A stretch of 64,000 nt of DNA from Squalus acanthias (lineage: Eukaryota). The notes beneath the pieces were generated by a model. It was not told the DNA's origin. It saw nothing but the letters and a program-made list of their open reading frames with translations, and searched no databases. The stretch lies in contig JASTWF010000346.1 in the NCBI GenBank assembly GCA_030390025.1, positions 310,001 through 374,000 of the forward strand, read 5' to 3'. The translations under genes were made by a program, and so were the position numbers. This document shows, piece by piece, positions 34,567 to 47,101 of this stretch; the stretch's first letter is position 1; the number at the start of each line of letters is the position of its first letter.

Positions 34567-36535
34567 TTAACAAACTAAATTAAAACTTGGTAGCCCGGGG
34601 GTGACGATGCACTCCAGTCCCCGCGGCGCCCACCGGTCGCGGAAAAACTCAAGCGTGCCGGCAGACACCGCGTGCTCCATCTCCAGGGCCACCCGGGCGC
34701 GAACATGGCCGCGGAAGAGAGGCAGGCAATCGGGCCGAACGACCCCCTCGACCGCCCGCTGCCTGGACCAATTAATGGCTTTTTTAGCCAGGCCCAGGAG
34801 CAGTCCCACGAGGAGGTCCTCCGACCTGCCCGCTCCCATTCGCACCGGGTCACCGTAGATCAGGAGCGTGGGGCTGAAGTGCAACCAAAAATTGAGGAGC
34901 AGCCCCTTCAAATAATGAAAGAGGGGCTGCAACCGCTCACATTCTATATAAATGTGAAAGACGGACTCCTCCAGTCCGCAAAAATGGCAAGCAGCCTGGG
35001 AGTCCGTGAACCTATTTAAAACCCTGTTGCACGGGACTGCTCCATGCAACACCCTCCAGGCCAAGTCCCCAATAGAACAAGGGAAGACTCCCGCGTAGAG
35101 AGCCTCCATTGGGGACCTTCGCCTCCGCCGGACGGCAGGATGGCACGCCAAGGCGTGTCCGGACGGCAGACGAAGATGGCAAAGTGGAGAGTGTGCAGGA
35201 GCAGCCTGTACAGGAAACGCCTCCGTGTGGAATGAAAGGGCACGGAGGGCATTTCCCCGAGAAGGCTCAAGTGGTGAGGCGGCGGCTCCCGAGGTAGGAT
35301 TCGGGGCCGCGCGCCGATGAGGAATTCCGTCCGAACGGAGGTCAGTTCGGACGGGATCGCCCACGTGCTTGAGCCTCCTCGATACACCTAGTGGAGTCGG
35401 GGCCCAGTGCCACTTTTAGTGACTCGATGGCTTTGACCGCGAGCCGGACGTTGACCCAGGACAGGCGCTGCGCCAGCTCCTCCGGCGCCATCCAGCCCGC
35501 TCCTCCGCCATCGAGCAGGTCCCCGACTCAAGTCACCTTACCGGGCACAGCCCTGCCCTCCGCCAGCCACCCGAACCCGCGGTCGTGGAGGTGCGGATTC
35601 CTGAACAGCGGCTCCCGAAGGACGGCCGCCGCTCCTGACGGGGGAGAACTGCGCTCGGAGGTGACGCTGTTCCAAACCCATAGCAGTTCCTGGTAGAAGA
35701 CAGGCAGCTCCCGCAGGCAGGCACGTGTGCCGCCCACTCTCACAAACAGGAGCTGCGTGTCGTAATTGAGGCCGTGCAGCTGGCGGAAGAAATACGTCGC
35801 CAGCGCACGCCACCTAGGAGGATTCTCCACGTACAGGTATCTCTGCAGCGTCTGAAGACGGAAAGTCGCCGCCTGGGTGTGAAGGCACACCAGCGCCTGA
35901 CCGCCCTCCCTAAGCGGGAGACTCAGAACCGCGGCAGAGACCCAGTGCTTCCTTTTGTCCCAGAAGAAGTCGACGAGCTTCTTCTGCATCTTGGCGACAA
36001 ACGCAGGGGGAGGGATCAAAGTGACCAACCGGTACCACAACATGGCGGCCACCAGCTGGTTTATGACCAGCTCTCGACCCCTGTAGGACAGCACTCGGAA
36101 CAGTCCTGTCCAGCGCCCTAGGTGAGCGGTGACTTTGGCCTCCAGCTCTTGCCAGTTCGCCGGCCAGGCGTCCTCGGTGGGGCTGAGGTAGACTCCCAAG
36201 TAGAGGAGGTGCGTGGTGCTCCAGGCGAAGGGCCTGAACTCCTCCGGCAGGGAGTCCACCCGCCATGGGCCCACCAGGAGTCCAGAACATTTCTCCCAGT
36301 TGATCTTGGCGGAGGATGCGTCCGAGTAAATCTGCTGGCATTCTCGCATCCTCCGCAAGTCGACGGGATCCGTGACCGCGAGGAGCACGTCATCGGTGTA
36401 AGCCGAGAGGACGACCTCCACGCCCGGCCCTTGCAGAGCCAGTCCCGTCAACCTCTTCCGCAAGAGGCGCAGGAAAGGCTCCACGCAAACGGCGTATAAC
36501 TGACTGGACATGGGGCATCCCTGACGCACCCCCCT
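34567..36535 (-). pseudogene. Tx1-clade LINE ORF2 3' half (RT C-terminal + zf-RVT), with an in-frame stop and a frameshift
   Basis: ORFs 35528-36529, 35016-35387 and 34567-35364. The sequence is CpG-rich, suggesting a young insertion. Confidence 0.85.
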
Positions 36536-36618
36536 AAATTGTATATTTTGTAGTGCGATTCATGAAACTTCTTTAATTTCAAAGGTTTACCGATATACTT
36601 CAGTAAGAGTTTAAACTT

Positions 36619-36689
36619 TGCATTGGCTGGGAATCGAACCCGGGTCTCCAGCATGGCAGGCGAGAATTCTACCCCTGAACCACCAATAC
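36619..36689 (-). tRNA. tRNA-Gly(GCC) copy, probably a retro-pseudogene
   Basis: GTATTGGTGGTTCAGGGGTAGAATTCTCGCCTGCCATGCTGGAGACCCGGGTTCGATTCCCAGCCAATGCA is 71 nt and close to vertebrate tRNA-Gly-GCC. It has mismatches in the anticodon and T stems, no CCA and no T4 terminator. Confidence 0.85.
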
Positions 36690-37529
36690 TCACCGCCAAA
36701 TGGGTGTAAGTGGATCCCAGCAGGAGATCCTGGTTCTCTCCTGATGCCTGTGGGCAGCCTTAGACTGTATGCCAAGCAGGTCTCTGAAGATTTTGGCAGA
36801 TGAAACAGCGCTCTTGGGCCCTTACCGTTTCCCTCCCTGGCTTTGACCATTCCCATCAGTTCACATGGTGGTTTTTCAGGCATGACTGTGGTTGATCTGC
36901 TGGAGCTCTGGACATGGAATTATTGGCCTCCACCAGCATTGTAGCGCACAGCTCCTTTGGAATGAAGGTGTGCTGCAGAAAGGAAACAAAGCTGTGTTCT
37001 TGCTTAGCGGGAAATCTGCTTGAGGGTCCAGCTAATGGGCAGTTGTAATGGGGCCACACCTTGTATGAAGGAATAGTAGCAATGTATGGAAAGGTGCCTG
37101 CACTTGTGTTGGCTCTTCTTTTGATGAAGAGAGAAAGATAATGTTATGTGGCAGTTTACTGCTGACCTTCCAGAGTTTCTCTGGTCTCTCTCCCTCTCTC
37201 TCTCTGATAGTTTCTGATAGAGGAGCACTCGGGTCTGTTAACATGGGGGTGGTATTGGATTATAGCAGTGTTGTGAGAGGTAAGGTATTGACAATATTGA
37301 GGTGAGGACGACCATGGGGAATGTGGCCTGAACTCGCTCAGCCCTTTTGGGAAGGTCAGGTACCCTCTCCCTTATCCCAGTGATGTTCCCGTACCCATTT
37401 CGGCAAATACTGTATTCGTGCATTTCACACTTTAAAATGAGAAGCAGATAATAACGTCATGGCATCAACAACCCAAAATGATAAATCACGGACTAGCTTG
37501 AAATTTAGGTCAATGAATCGGGTTGTACC

Positions 37530-37750
37530 TCCCCATGGACTTCTTCACTGCTTCCCTCCCTCAGCCTCTGCACCGAGCAACTTCTCATCCTCAGTGATTT
37601 CAACCTCCATCTCAATTCATCTTGTTCTCTCATTTTGAGTTCACTGCCCTCCTATTCTCCCTTAATCTCTCCCTCCATGTAAACTCCCCAACCCATATTC
37701 ACGGCCACCCCCTCGACCATGCCATCTCACGTGGCCTCACTACACCCCAT
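37530..37750 (+). mobile_element. L2-like endonuclease fragment (host of the CR1 at 37750)
   Basis: LILSDFNLH...PTHIHGHPLD. The L2-like sequence resumes after 40170. Confidence 0.6.
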
Positions 37751-40155
37751 TTTTGCACAGTGTGTGCAGGAGGGTTTCCTGACACAATATGTGGATAGGC
37801 CGACAAGAGGTGGGGCCACATTGGATTTGGTACTGGGTAATGAACCGGGCCAAGTGTTTGATTTGTATGTGGGAGAGCACTTTGGAGATAGTGACCACAA
37901 TTCGGTGACTTTCACTATTGCAATGGAGAGGGATAGGGCCATACGGCAGGGCAGGGTTTATAATTGGGGGAGGGGTAATTGTGATGCGATTAGGCAAGAA
38001 TTAGGGAGCATAAGATGGGAACAGAAACTATCAGGGAAAGGCACAAACGAAAAGTGGAGCTTTTTCATGGAGCAATTACTGCGTGTCCTCGATAGGTATG
38101 TCCCTGTCAGGCAGGGAGGAAATGGCTGAGTGAGAGAACCATGGTTCACAAAAGAGGTTGAAAGTCTAGTCAAGAGGAAAAAGGAAGCGTATGTAAGGAT
38201 GAGAAAACAAGGTTCAGTTGGGTCGATTGAGGGGTACAACGTAGCAAGGAATGAGCTAAAAAAAGAGCTTAGCAGAGCTAGGAGGGGGCATGAGAAGTCC
38301 TTGGCGGGTCGGATCAAGGAAAACCCCAAGGCTTTTTACTCTTATGTGAGAAATAAAAGAATGACCAGGGTGAGGGTAGGGCCGGTCAAGGACAGTAGTG
38401 GGAACTTGTGCATGGAGTCAGAAGAGATAGGAGAGGTGATGAATGAATACTTTTCGTCAGTGTTCACCGAGGAGAGGGGCCATGTTTTTGAGGATGAGAG
38501 TGTGATAAAGGTGGATAGGCTGGAGGAGGTAGATGTTCTGAGGGAAGATGTTTTAGCAATTTTGAAGAACCTGAGGGTCGATAAGTCCCCTGGGCCAGAT
38601 GGGATATATCCTAGGATTCTTTGGGAGGCAAGGGAGGAGATTGCAGAGCCTTTGGCTTTGATCTTTGGGTCCTCACTGTCCACGGGGATGGTGCCAGAGG
38701 ACTGGAGAGTGGCGAATGTTGTTCCTCTCTTCAAGAAAGGAAATAGGAATGACCCTGGTAATTATAGGCCGGTTAGTCTTACTTCGGTGGTTGGTAAGAT
38801 AATGGAAAAGGTCCTGAGGGATAGGATTTATGACCATTTGGAAAGAGGCAACTTAATCCGGGATAGTCAACACGGATTCGTGAAGGGTAAGTCTTGCCTA
38901 ACAAATTTGATTGAATTCTTTGAGGAGGTAACTAAGTGTGTAGATGAAGGTAGAGCAGTTGATGTCGTATACATGGATTTTAGTAAGGCATTTGATAAGG
39001 TTCCCCATGGTCGGCTCACGAAGAAAGTAAGGAGTTGTGGGATAGAGGGAAATTTGGCCGATTGGATAAGTAACTGGCTATCTCATAGAAGTCATCTCAT
39101 AGAAGGCAGAGGGTGGTGGTGGATGGAAAATTTTCGGACTGGAGACCAGTTACCAGCGGTGTGCCACAGGGGTCGGTGCTGGGTCCTCTGCTGTTTGTGA
39201 TTTTTATCAATGACTTGGAGGAGGGGACTGAAGGGTGGATCAGTAAATTTGCTGATGACACCAAGATTGGTGGAGTAGTGGATGAGGTGGAGGGCTGTTG
39301 TAGGCTGCAAAGAGACATTGATAGGATGCAGAGCTGGGCCGAAAAATGGCAGATGGAATTTAATCCTGATAAGTGCGAGGTGATTCATTTTGGTAGGGCA
39401 AATTTGAATAAGGATTACAGGGTCAATGGCAGGGTTCTGAGGAACGTGGAGGAACAGAGGGATCTGGGGGTTCATATACACAGATCTCTGAAGGTTGCCA
39501 CTCAAGTGGATAGAGCAGTAAAGAAGGCCTATAGTGTGTTAGCATTTATTAACAAGGGGTTTGAGTTTAAGAACCGTGAGGTTATGCTGCAACTGTACAG
39601 GAGCTTGGTGAGACCACATTTGGAATATTGTGTGCAGTTCTGGTCACCTCACTATAGGAAGGACGTGGAAGCATTGGAAAGAGTGCAAAGGAGATTTACC
39701 AGGATGCTGCCTGGTTTGGGGGGGGGGGGGGGGAGGTCTTATGAGGAAAGATTGAGGGAGCTAGGGCTTTTCTCTTTAGAGCGGAGGAGGATGAGAGGCG
39801 ACTTAATAGAGGTTTATAAGATGATGAGGGGGATAGATAGAGTGGATGTTCAGAGACTATTTCCTCGGGTGGATGTAGCTGTTAAAAGGGGGCATAACTA
39901 TAAGGTGCATGGGGGGAGATATAGAAGGGATGTCCGAGGTAGATTCTTTACTCAGAGTGGTTGGGGTGTGGAATGGACTGCCTGCTGTGATAGTGGAGTC
40001 GGACACTTTCGGAACTTTCAAGCGGTTATTGGATAAGCACATGGAGCACACCAGAATGATAGGGAGTGGGATAGCTTGATCTTGGTTTCGGACAATGCTC
40101 GGCACAACATCGAGGGCCGAAGGGCCTGTACTGTTCTATGTTCTATGTTCTATGT
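37750..40155 (+). mobile_element. CR1 (HER1-like) LINE, 5'-truncated, disrupted ORF2
   Basis: ORFs 37719-38129, 38130-39200 and 39113-40036 with RT motifs and a (CTATGTT)n tail. A duplicated atctcatagaag near 39080 and a G-run near 39720 disrupt it. Confidence 0.92.
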
Positions 40156-40169
40156 GTCAATCACAGATG

Positions 40170-40885
40170 GGCCATCTCTGATCACTTCCTTGTATTGCTC
40201 TCCACCCACATCCTTTTCCCCCTCCCAACCCTACTTCCTTCTGTGTCTGCTCCTGGGGAAAAAAAACTCTCTCAATTCACTTACAACTGCACTTTCAAAA
40301 TCCCAACTGTCTAGCCTTTGACCCTGCATTGACCACGACATTTCTGCAGCTACCGATCTGCTCAACCATACCCTCACCACCACCTTTGATGCCCTAGTCC
40401 CCATTACAAACATTACTCTTTCTCACCCTGGCTGTTCCCAAGTCCTGTTCACCCATCACCCCTGTGCTCGCTGACCTACATTGGCTCCCGGTCCGGCAAC
40501 GCCTCAATTTTAAAATTCTCATCCTTGTTTTCAAATCCCTCCAAGGCCTCGCCCCTCTCTATCTGTCTAATCTCCTCCAGCCCCACAACCTACCGAGATA
40601 TCTGCGCTCCTCTAATTCTAGCCTCTTGCACATCCCCGATTTTAATCGCTTAGCTATTGGTGTCCGTGCCTTCAGCTGCCTAACTCTGGAATTCCCTCCC
40701 TAAACCTCGCCACCTCTCTACCTCTCTTTCCTCCTTTAAGATGCTCCTTAAAACCAACCTCTTTCTGCCCTAATATCTCATTTTGTGGCTCAGTGTCAAA
40801 TTTTGTTTGATAACGCTCCTGTGAAGCGCCTTGGGATGTTTTGCTATGTTAAAGGCACTGTTTAAATAAAAGTTGTTGTTTTGTT
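40170..40885 (+). mobile_element. L2-like LINE fragments including 3' end
   Basis: LADLHWLPVRQRLNFKILILVFKSL, ending in a (gtt)n tail. Confidence 0.75.
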
Positions 40886-41289
40886 GGACTGTGAAAGCTT
40901 AAGAATAGTTGAGACAAACTAGTGTGGGGTCTGCATATCAAGTGGGGAGGCTGGAGATCAGGGCTGAGGGAGGCCAGAGACTTCTTTGAGGGGCCTGGGG
41001 GCGCACTCCTGCTCCTCCAGGCCCACAGGGAGTGCTAAAAGAGCCACTTACCTTGGGGAGCCGGCAGTTTCAATGAAACTGAAAGTTGGACGGGGCGTAT
41101 AACGGGCGGCCGATTCAACAATGCTCGCTTTGCGCTACTGCCTAAGACGAGTTTCTACCCCATCAACACTCTACAATGAATTCCCTTTTTAAAAAAAAGT
41201 TTGGTTTGAGTCTACCTGTAGTTTTGTGGCCTGGCCACCAGGTGGCATCAATTCTACCTCCTTAATCTCCTGTCTGGCAGACATGTTGA

Positions 41290-42020
41290 TAAAGGTGAAT
41301 TTTCGTCGGCACTGAATTTGCGGTCAGAGGCGCAGCAGCAGCAGAATAGGCCTCCGAACCGGAAAAATAAATCCGAACGTACCTGGTGTCTCCGGAGCTT
41401 CGGGTCCTGGGCCTGCAAACGTACGCCTGAGTAAAGGCCCACGGATCCCAGGGGCGCACGCGGGCCCGGTCGACCAATCAAAAAGAGGTTTCCTAGGATG
41501 CTGCTGGGGATTCCATTTACGTACGGAATCCCCATAAGCATTTTAGAAATCCCCAAGTAAATAAGAATTCACACCACTTAAATAAAAATAAATGATCACA
41601 TGTTCAAAATTAATTAAAAGACCCATTAATTAACCATTTAAAATAATTAAATTTTTTGAAAAATAAATTCAAACCTTTTAAAATGGGCTAAAATTTGCCT
41701 GAACTAATTTTAAATGTATGTGTATGTTATAATCATTTAAATTTTTTATTTTAAACCTTACGCTGGTAAAAGTAGGCCTTGTGCCTGCTTTTAACAGGCT
41801 TAAGGGTTTCGTGGTCATTCACTGGGCATTAGTTGGGCAAATAGCCCAACTCTGCACCAGTGAAAGTGTTTTTGCAGCGGATGCGAAGGATCTGTCAATG
41901 GGAAACATGACAGATCACAAGTTCTGGGTTTTTGCACAGCGCATGCGGAAACCGGGAACTTGCTGGGCCATTCTGAGCACTTCTGACAGGAACGCACAGA
42001 GCCCCTTGAAATCCGGGCCG
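41290..42020. mobile_element. Probable Harbinger-type MITE
   Basis: GC-rich ends and an AT-rich core, similar to 54551-55312 in the opposite orientation (gcgcatgcgg...aaccgg). TSD not resolved. Confidence 0.45.
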
Positions 42021-42828
42021 TTACTTTTCCCAGATCCTGAGTATGTTTAACTTTGCATTAATCACCCAGCAGACAATCCCCAGACCTAAATAAAATAGCA
42101 AGCAGCCCATGGCATTGTTCATTTACCTCCTGCTTTCATCCCTTGATCACTGGCCTTCAAGCACTTAGCATTAAGCAAACTCTCCTTCTGCAAATTTGGT
42201 GGGTTAGAAATTCATTTGGCCCGTAGCGCAAAACAGGGTGTATCGCGTCGGCTGCCTGTTATACACGCCGCCCAATATTCAGTACCATTGCAGTGAATGA
42301 GTTTAAATATCAGGCGGACGATCCCATACCGCCCGTTTTGTGCCACTGCCCGAGACGAGTTTCTACGCCTGTCACTTTTAGTTTAGAGCTCTGTATCCAG
42401 CTTCATCCTTGTCGTACTTTTCACAGTCCTTGGAAATTTCACCACCCAATTGTTTTCTTTAGCACTCAATCCCACCCACGTCCCATCCCCAATGGCCAAG
42501 CTGCATACAGTTCAGGAAAAGGTCCCTGAGACATTATGGTGGTTCCACTGGGGGAGACATAGAACACTAATGGGGCTCTATAATATTTACAAGCCCTGGA
42601 AGATCGACATGTAAATATATGTTAAAATCTACCAAATTAATCATTTCAATTTGTTGATACTAAATCAGAATCAGTAACTGCTGAGTTCATATTCTTTTAC
42701 AGGTACATTTCTGGAGGAATTGTATATTGTATTGTATATTTTAAATAATCAGCTGCCTTAAATGCATTTTTCCTTCTGTAGATTACAGGAATAATCGATT
42801 TTTATTTTTAAATGTTATTGTTCACCAG

Positions 42829-43176
42829 GTAAATTCCTCGTACTTGGACCTGATGATCCTATTGTAGCTATTGCAGGTGAAGATGTTGTATTGGAATGTC
42901 AGCTGGTGCCAGACATATCCGCCAGCAACATGGTGGTGCGATGGCTTAAATCAGGTCTTGATTCACCAGTACACGTGTACAGAAACGGAGAAGATGACAC
43001 TGTTGCTCAACACAAAGATTACAGAGCAAGGACTGAACTGTTTAAAGATGAACTGACCAAAGGGAACGTTTCTCTTAGAATAAAGAACGCAAGAATATTT
43101 GATGAAGGGAAATATACATGTTTTGTTGATGACAAAACCGATTATGAAGAAACTATAGTTACACTGAAAGTTCTAG
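42829..43176 (+). CDS. Butyrophilin-like gene, IgV domain exon
   Basis: 348-nt exon, CAG| acceptor and |GTTAGT donor, phase 1-1. It translates KFLVLGPDDPIVAIAGEDVVLECQL...VRW...VHVYRNGED...YRARTELFKDELTKGNVSLRI...DEGKYTCFV...LKVL. This has the canonical Ig Cys/Trp/Cys and the BTN/MOG-type V-set motifs. Confidence 0.93.
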
Positions 43177-43699
43177 GTTAGTAAATATCTACTTGCACAT
43201 TAATAACTTAGGAGAAGTGATATGTTTATGCCTTTTTAAACCCCTGTTTAAATTGCAAATAGTTTTAAAATAGGTTTCTTTAGCAGTTGGTGTAATATTC
43301 GATATACTTGTTCGTGTCACACTCCCATGCTCCCAGTAGTGAAGCTGCACTCAAAAGGGATGGGGCAGATGGGGCAATAACGTTCTTGGGGTTATGAAAT
43401 TATCCCTGTAGTAATAGTTGATTTTGCAATAGTAAATTTCATGAGGGATACATTTTCAGCATTGGCTTGTAAAAAAAAAATATTCAAAATTACAGAAACT
43501 AAAGGATGTTCAAATTAAGGACATTTGTTTATAATGGCTTAATTAAGAACATACTGCTGGTAACATTCATTTTTTAATTTATGATTTAATACATTTCCTT
43601 AAAAGTAATTTAAGTCAACGGAGAGTAATATTGGGCGGGGTGAAAAACCAGTGTTTCACCCAATCCCATGGATTTCCGGCCTGGCGAGTTAGGTTAAAA

Positions 43700-45125
43700 T
43701 TACACCCACCGTCTTTGGCCCCCACCACAAAACAACGTTCATTGGAAACCGATTCCATGTCCTTCTCAGGCTGAACCAGACTGTTTGCAACCTTGGCCTC
43801 CTATTTGACCCTTAGCTGACCTTCTGACCCCATATCCTCTCGATCACCAAGACCGCTGACTTCCACCTCTGTAATATCGCCCATCTCTGCACCTACTTCA
43901 GCCCATCTGCTGCTGAAACCCACATCCATGCTTCTGTTACCTCCAGACTCAACTATTCCAATGTTCTCCTGGCTGGCCACCCAGCTTCCACCCTCCATAA
44001 ACTTAAGTTCATCCAATACTCTGCTGCCCGTATCATAACTCTTACTAAGTCCCGTTCACCTATCACCCCTGTGGTCTCTGATCTACTTGATCCCCGAACA
44101 ACTTGATTTAAAAAATTCTCATCCTCATGTTCAAATTCCTCCATGGCTTCACCCCTCCCTATCTGTGTAACCTCCTCCAGCCCGACATCCCTCCAAGAAC
44201 TCTGTGTTCCTCCAACTCTGGCCTTGACCATCCGCCACTACCTTCATCGCCCCACCATTGGTGGCCATGTCTTCAGCTGTCTCGGCCCTAAGCTGTGGAA
44301 TTCATAGGATTACACAGGATATGCAGCACAGAAACAGGCCCTTCGGACCAACCAGTCCATGCCGGCATTTATGCTCCACTCGAGCCTCCTCCCGTCTTTC
44401 CTCATCTAACTCTATCCGCATAACCCTCTATTCCCTTCTTCCTCATATGCTTATCTAACCGCCCCTTAAATGCATCTATACTATTTGCTTCAACCACTCC
44501 CTGTGGTAGCGAGTTCCACATTCTCACCACTCTCTGAGTAAAGAAGTTTCTTCTGAATTCCCTATTTGATTCTTGGTGACTATCTTATATTGATGGCCTC
44601 TAGTTTTGCTCTTCCCCACAAGTGGAAACATTCTCTGTATCTATACAATCAAAACCTTTCATGATTTTAAAGATCTCTATTAAATCACCCTCAGCCTTCT
44701 TTTCTAGAGAAAAGAGACCCAGCCTGTTCATCCTTTCCTTTTCATTTCTGGTATCATCCTTGTAAATCTTCTCTGCACCCTCTCCAGTGCCTCTATATCC
44801 TTTTTATAATATAGCGGCCAGAATTGTACGCAGTACTCCATGTGGTCTAACCAAGGTTCGATACAAGCTTAGCATAACTTCACTACTTTTCAATTCTATC
44901 CCCCTAGAAATAAACCCTAGTGCTTGTTTTTTTTTTATGGCCTTGTTAACCTGTGTCGATACTTTGTGATTTGTGTATTTGTACTCTGAGATCCCTTTGC
45001 TCCTCTACCCCATTTAGATTCTTATTTTCCAAGTAATACGTGATCTCCCTATTTTCCTTACCAAAATGAAGTATCTCACATTTATCTGTGTTGAATTCCC
45101 TCCCTAAACCTCTCCACCTCCCTCT
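43700..45125. mobile_element. L2-like fragment (+) with an inserted CR1 3' fragment (-, 44303-45095)
   Basis: L2 motifs (lgllfdp, TSRLNYSNVLL). CR1 3' tail and RT C-terminal on the minus strand. Confidence 0.7.
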
Positions 45126-45127
45126 CC

Positions 45128-46247
45128 AGTGTCAGCTGTGGCTCAGTGGGTAGCACTCTCTGCCTCTGAGTCAGAAGGTTGTGGGTTCAAGTCCCACTCC
45201 AGAGCTTGAGCATAAAAATCTAGGCTGACACTCCAGTCGTCGTCTTCTTAGGCAGTCCCTCGGAACCAAAGATGACTTGCTTCCACATTAAAAATGAGTT
45301 CTCGGGTGACTGATGAGTCCAATGCGGGAGCTACAGTCTCTGTCACAGGTGGGGCAGACGGTGGTTGAAGGGCCGGGTGGGTAGGATGCTTGGGTTGACT
45401 TGCGCTTGACTTCCGCTTGTACTCGGCGAAGAGACTCGAGGTGTTCGGCGCCTTCCAAGATGCTTCTCCTCCACTTTGTGCGGTCTTGGGCCAGGGATTC
45501 CCAGGTGTCAGTGGGGATGTTGCACTTTTTCCAAGGAGGCTTTGAGGGTGTCCTTGAAGCGTTTCCTCTGCCCACCTGGGGCTCTCTTGCCGTGTCAGAG
45601 CTCCGAGTAGAGCGCTTGTTTTGGGAGTCTCGTATCGGGCATGCGGACGATGTGACCCGTCCATCGGAGCTGATTGAGCGTGGTCAAAGCTTCAATGCTG
45701 GGGATGTTGGCCTGAGCAAGAACACTGATGTTGGTGCGCCTATCCTGCCAATGGATTTGCAGGATCTTGCGGAGGCAGCGTTGGTGGTACCTCTCCAGTG
45801 CTTTGAGGTGCCTGCTGTACATGGTCCATGTCTCTGAGGCATACAGCAGGGCGGGTTTCACTGCTGCTCTGTAGACCATGAGCTTAGTGCAGTGTTGAGG
45901 GAGTGCTACACTGTCGGAGGTGTCGTCTTTCAGATGAGACGTTAAACCGATGCCCTGTCTGCTCTCTCGGGTGGACGTAAAAGATCCCATGGCACTATTT
46001 CGAAGAAGAGCATGGGAGTTATCCCCGGTGTCCTGGCCAATATTTATCCCTCAACCAACATAACAAAAACAGATTATCTGATCATTATCACATTGCTGTT
46101 TGTGGGAGCTTGCTGTGCGCAAATTGGCTGCCGCGTTTCCTACATTACAACAGTTACTACACTTCAAAAGTACTTCATTGGCTGTAAAGCGCTTTGGGAC
46201 GTCCGGTGGTCGTGAAAGGTGCTATATAAATGCAAGTCTTTCTTTTT
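45128..46247 (+). mobile_element. Deu-domain SINE split by an RTE fragment
   Basis: Same family as 28344-28771. Head at 45128-45237, core and tail at 45886-46247. Confidence 0.78.
45238..45886 (-). mobile_element. RTE-clade LINE 3' fragment
   Basis: KLMVYRAAVKPALLYASETWT...HQRCLRKIL...QLRWTGHIVRMPDTRLPKQ, then CPTCDRDCSSRIGLISH. Confidence 0.82.
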
Positions 46248-46387
46248 TAAGACTCTCCTTAAAATCTACCTCTTTAACCAACTGTCCAAACGTCGTCTTC
46301 TTTGGATCGGTGTCAATTTTTGTCTGATTACGCTCCTGTGAAGTGCCTTGGGATGTTTCACTATTAAAGGCGCTATATAAATGTAAG

Positions 46388-47101
46388 GGGGGAAAAATTC
46401 AGCTGCTTGCGCCTCCCGTTAGCGCCTTAAGAGGGCGCTAATGGGGCGTAAAGCAGCTAACGCCCGGGCGCAGCGCCGCCCACGCCTCCCGTAAAATTCA
46501 GCGGGAGGTTAGCGGCGGCGCCAGCCGGTAGCGCCCTGTGGCGCTGCGCCGCCGGCGATGACGTCATCGCCGTGCGCAGCACCCCGCTCGCGCTCCAGCC
46601 GCGATCTTCAGTCGCGCCCCCTGATTTACCACCAGACGCTATGTCCGACGGGTTCAGGGAGGCGTACGTGCGGCCGGGGCGGCGATATTTAAAGGGGAGG
46701 TGGCAGGCGGCCATTTTTGTTGCTGGCCGCCTGCCAGCACCTGCCCCCGGCCCCCGTGAAGCCCCCCCACCGTGAAGTGCCGGCTGCGCTCCAAGAGCCC
46801 GGCACTTCTCTTGAGTGCCGGGCTCTTTTGCTGGCACTCCCGATCCCTGGGGGCCCAGCTGGGCCCCGGTTCGCGCTGCGCAGGGTCCCTCCCCTTTAAG
46901 AAGGGGAGGAAGGCCTGCAATACCGCGGCACGTAGCGCCAGGATATTCCCTCGCAGCGCCCCAAGAGGGATGCGGGGTGCTTCCAGTGGCGCCCCGCTTC
47001 CCTCTTGGGGCGCAACCACTGAAGTTCCGGCGCGGGGCCGCTAATTTTTTCGGGGCGCTAAAAGTCGCGCCCCAAACGGGGCGCGACTCAATTTTTACCC
47101 C
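46388..47101. mobile_element. GC-rich Harbinger-type MITE
   Basis: TIRs GGGGGAAAAATT / AATTTTTACCCC and 3-bp TSD AAG, inserted in an L2 tail (aaatgtaag|ttgtt). CpG-rich. Confidence 0.72.

Larger units (their letters stand above)
34510..36695 (-). mobile_element. Chimeric retro-insertion: pre-tRNA-Gly + 5'-truncated Tx1-clade LINE, 13-bp TSD
   Basis: CCAAATGGGTGTA occurs at 34497-34509 and 36696-36708. Between them are tRNA-Gly (36689-36619), an ~83-nt spacer, Tx1 RT C-half (GVRQGCP, AYTDD), a zinc knuckle (CHFCGLEESVFHIYIEC) and a short 3' UTR. Confidence 0.85.

Noticed and set aside
36619..36689. Functional tRNA-Gly gene
   Set aside because: It has mismatches in the anticodon and T stems, no terminator, and lies inside a TSD-bounded insertion.
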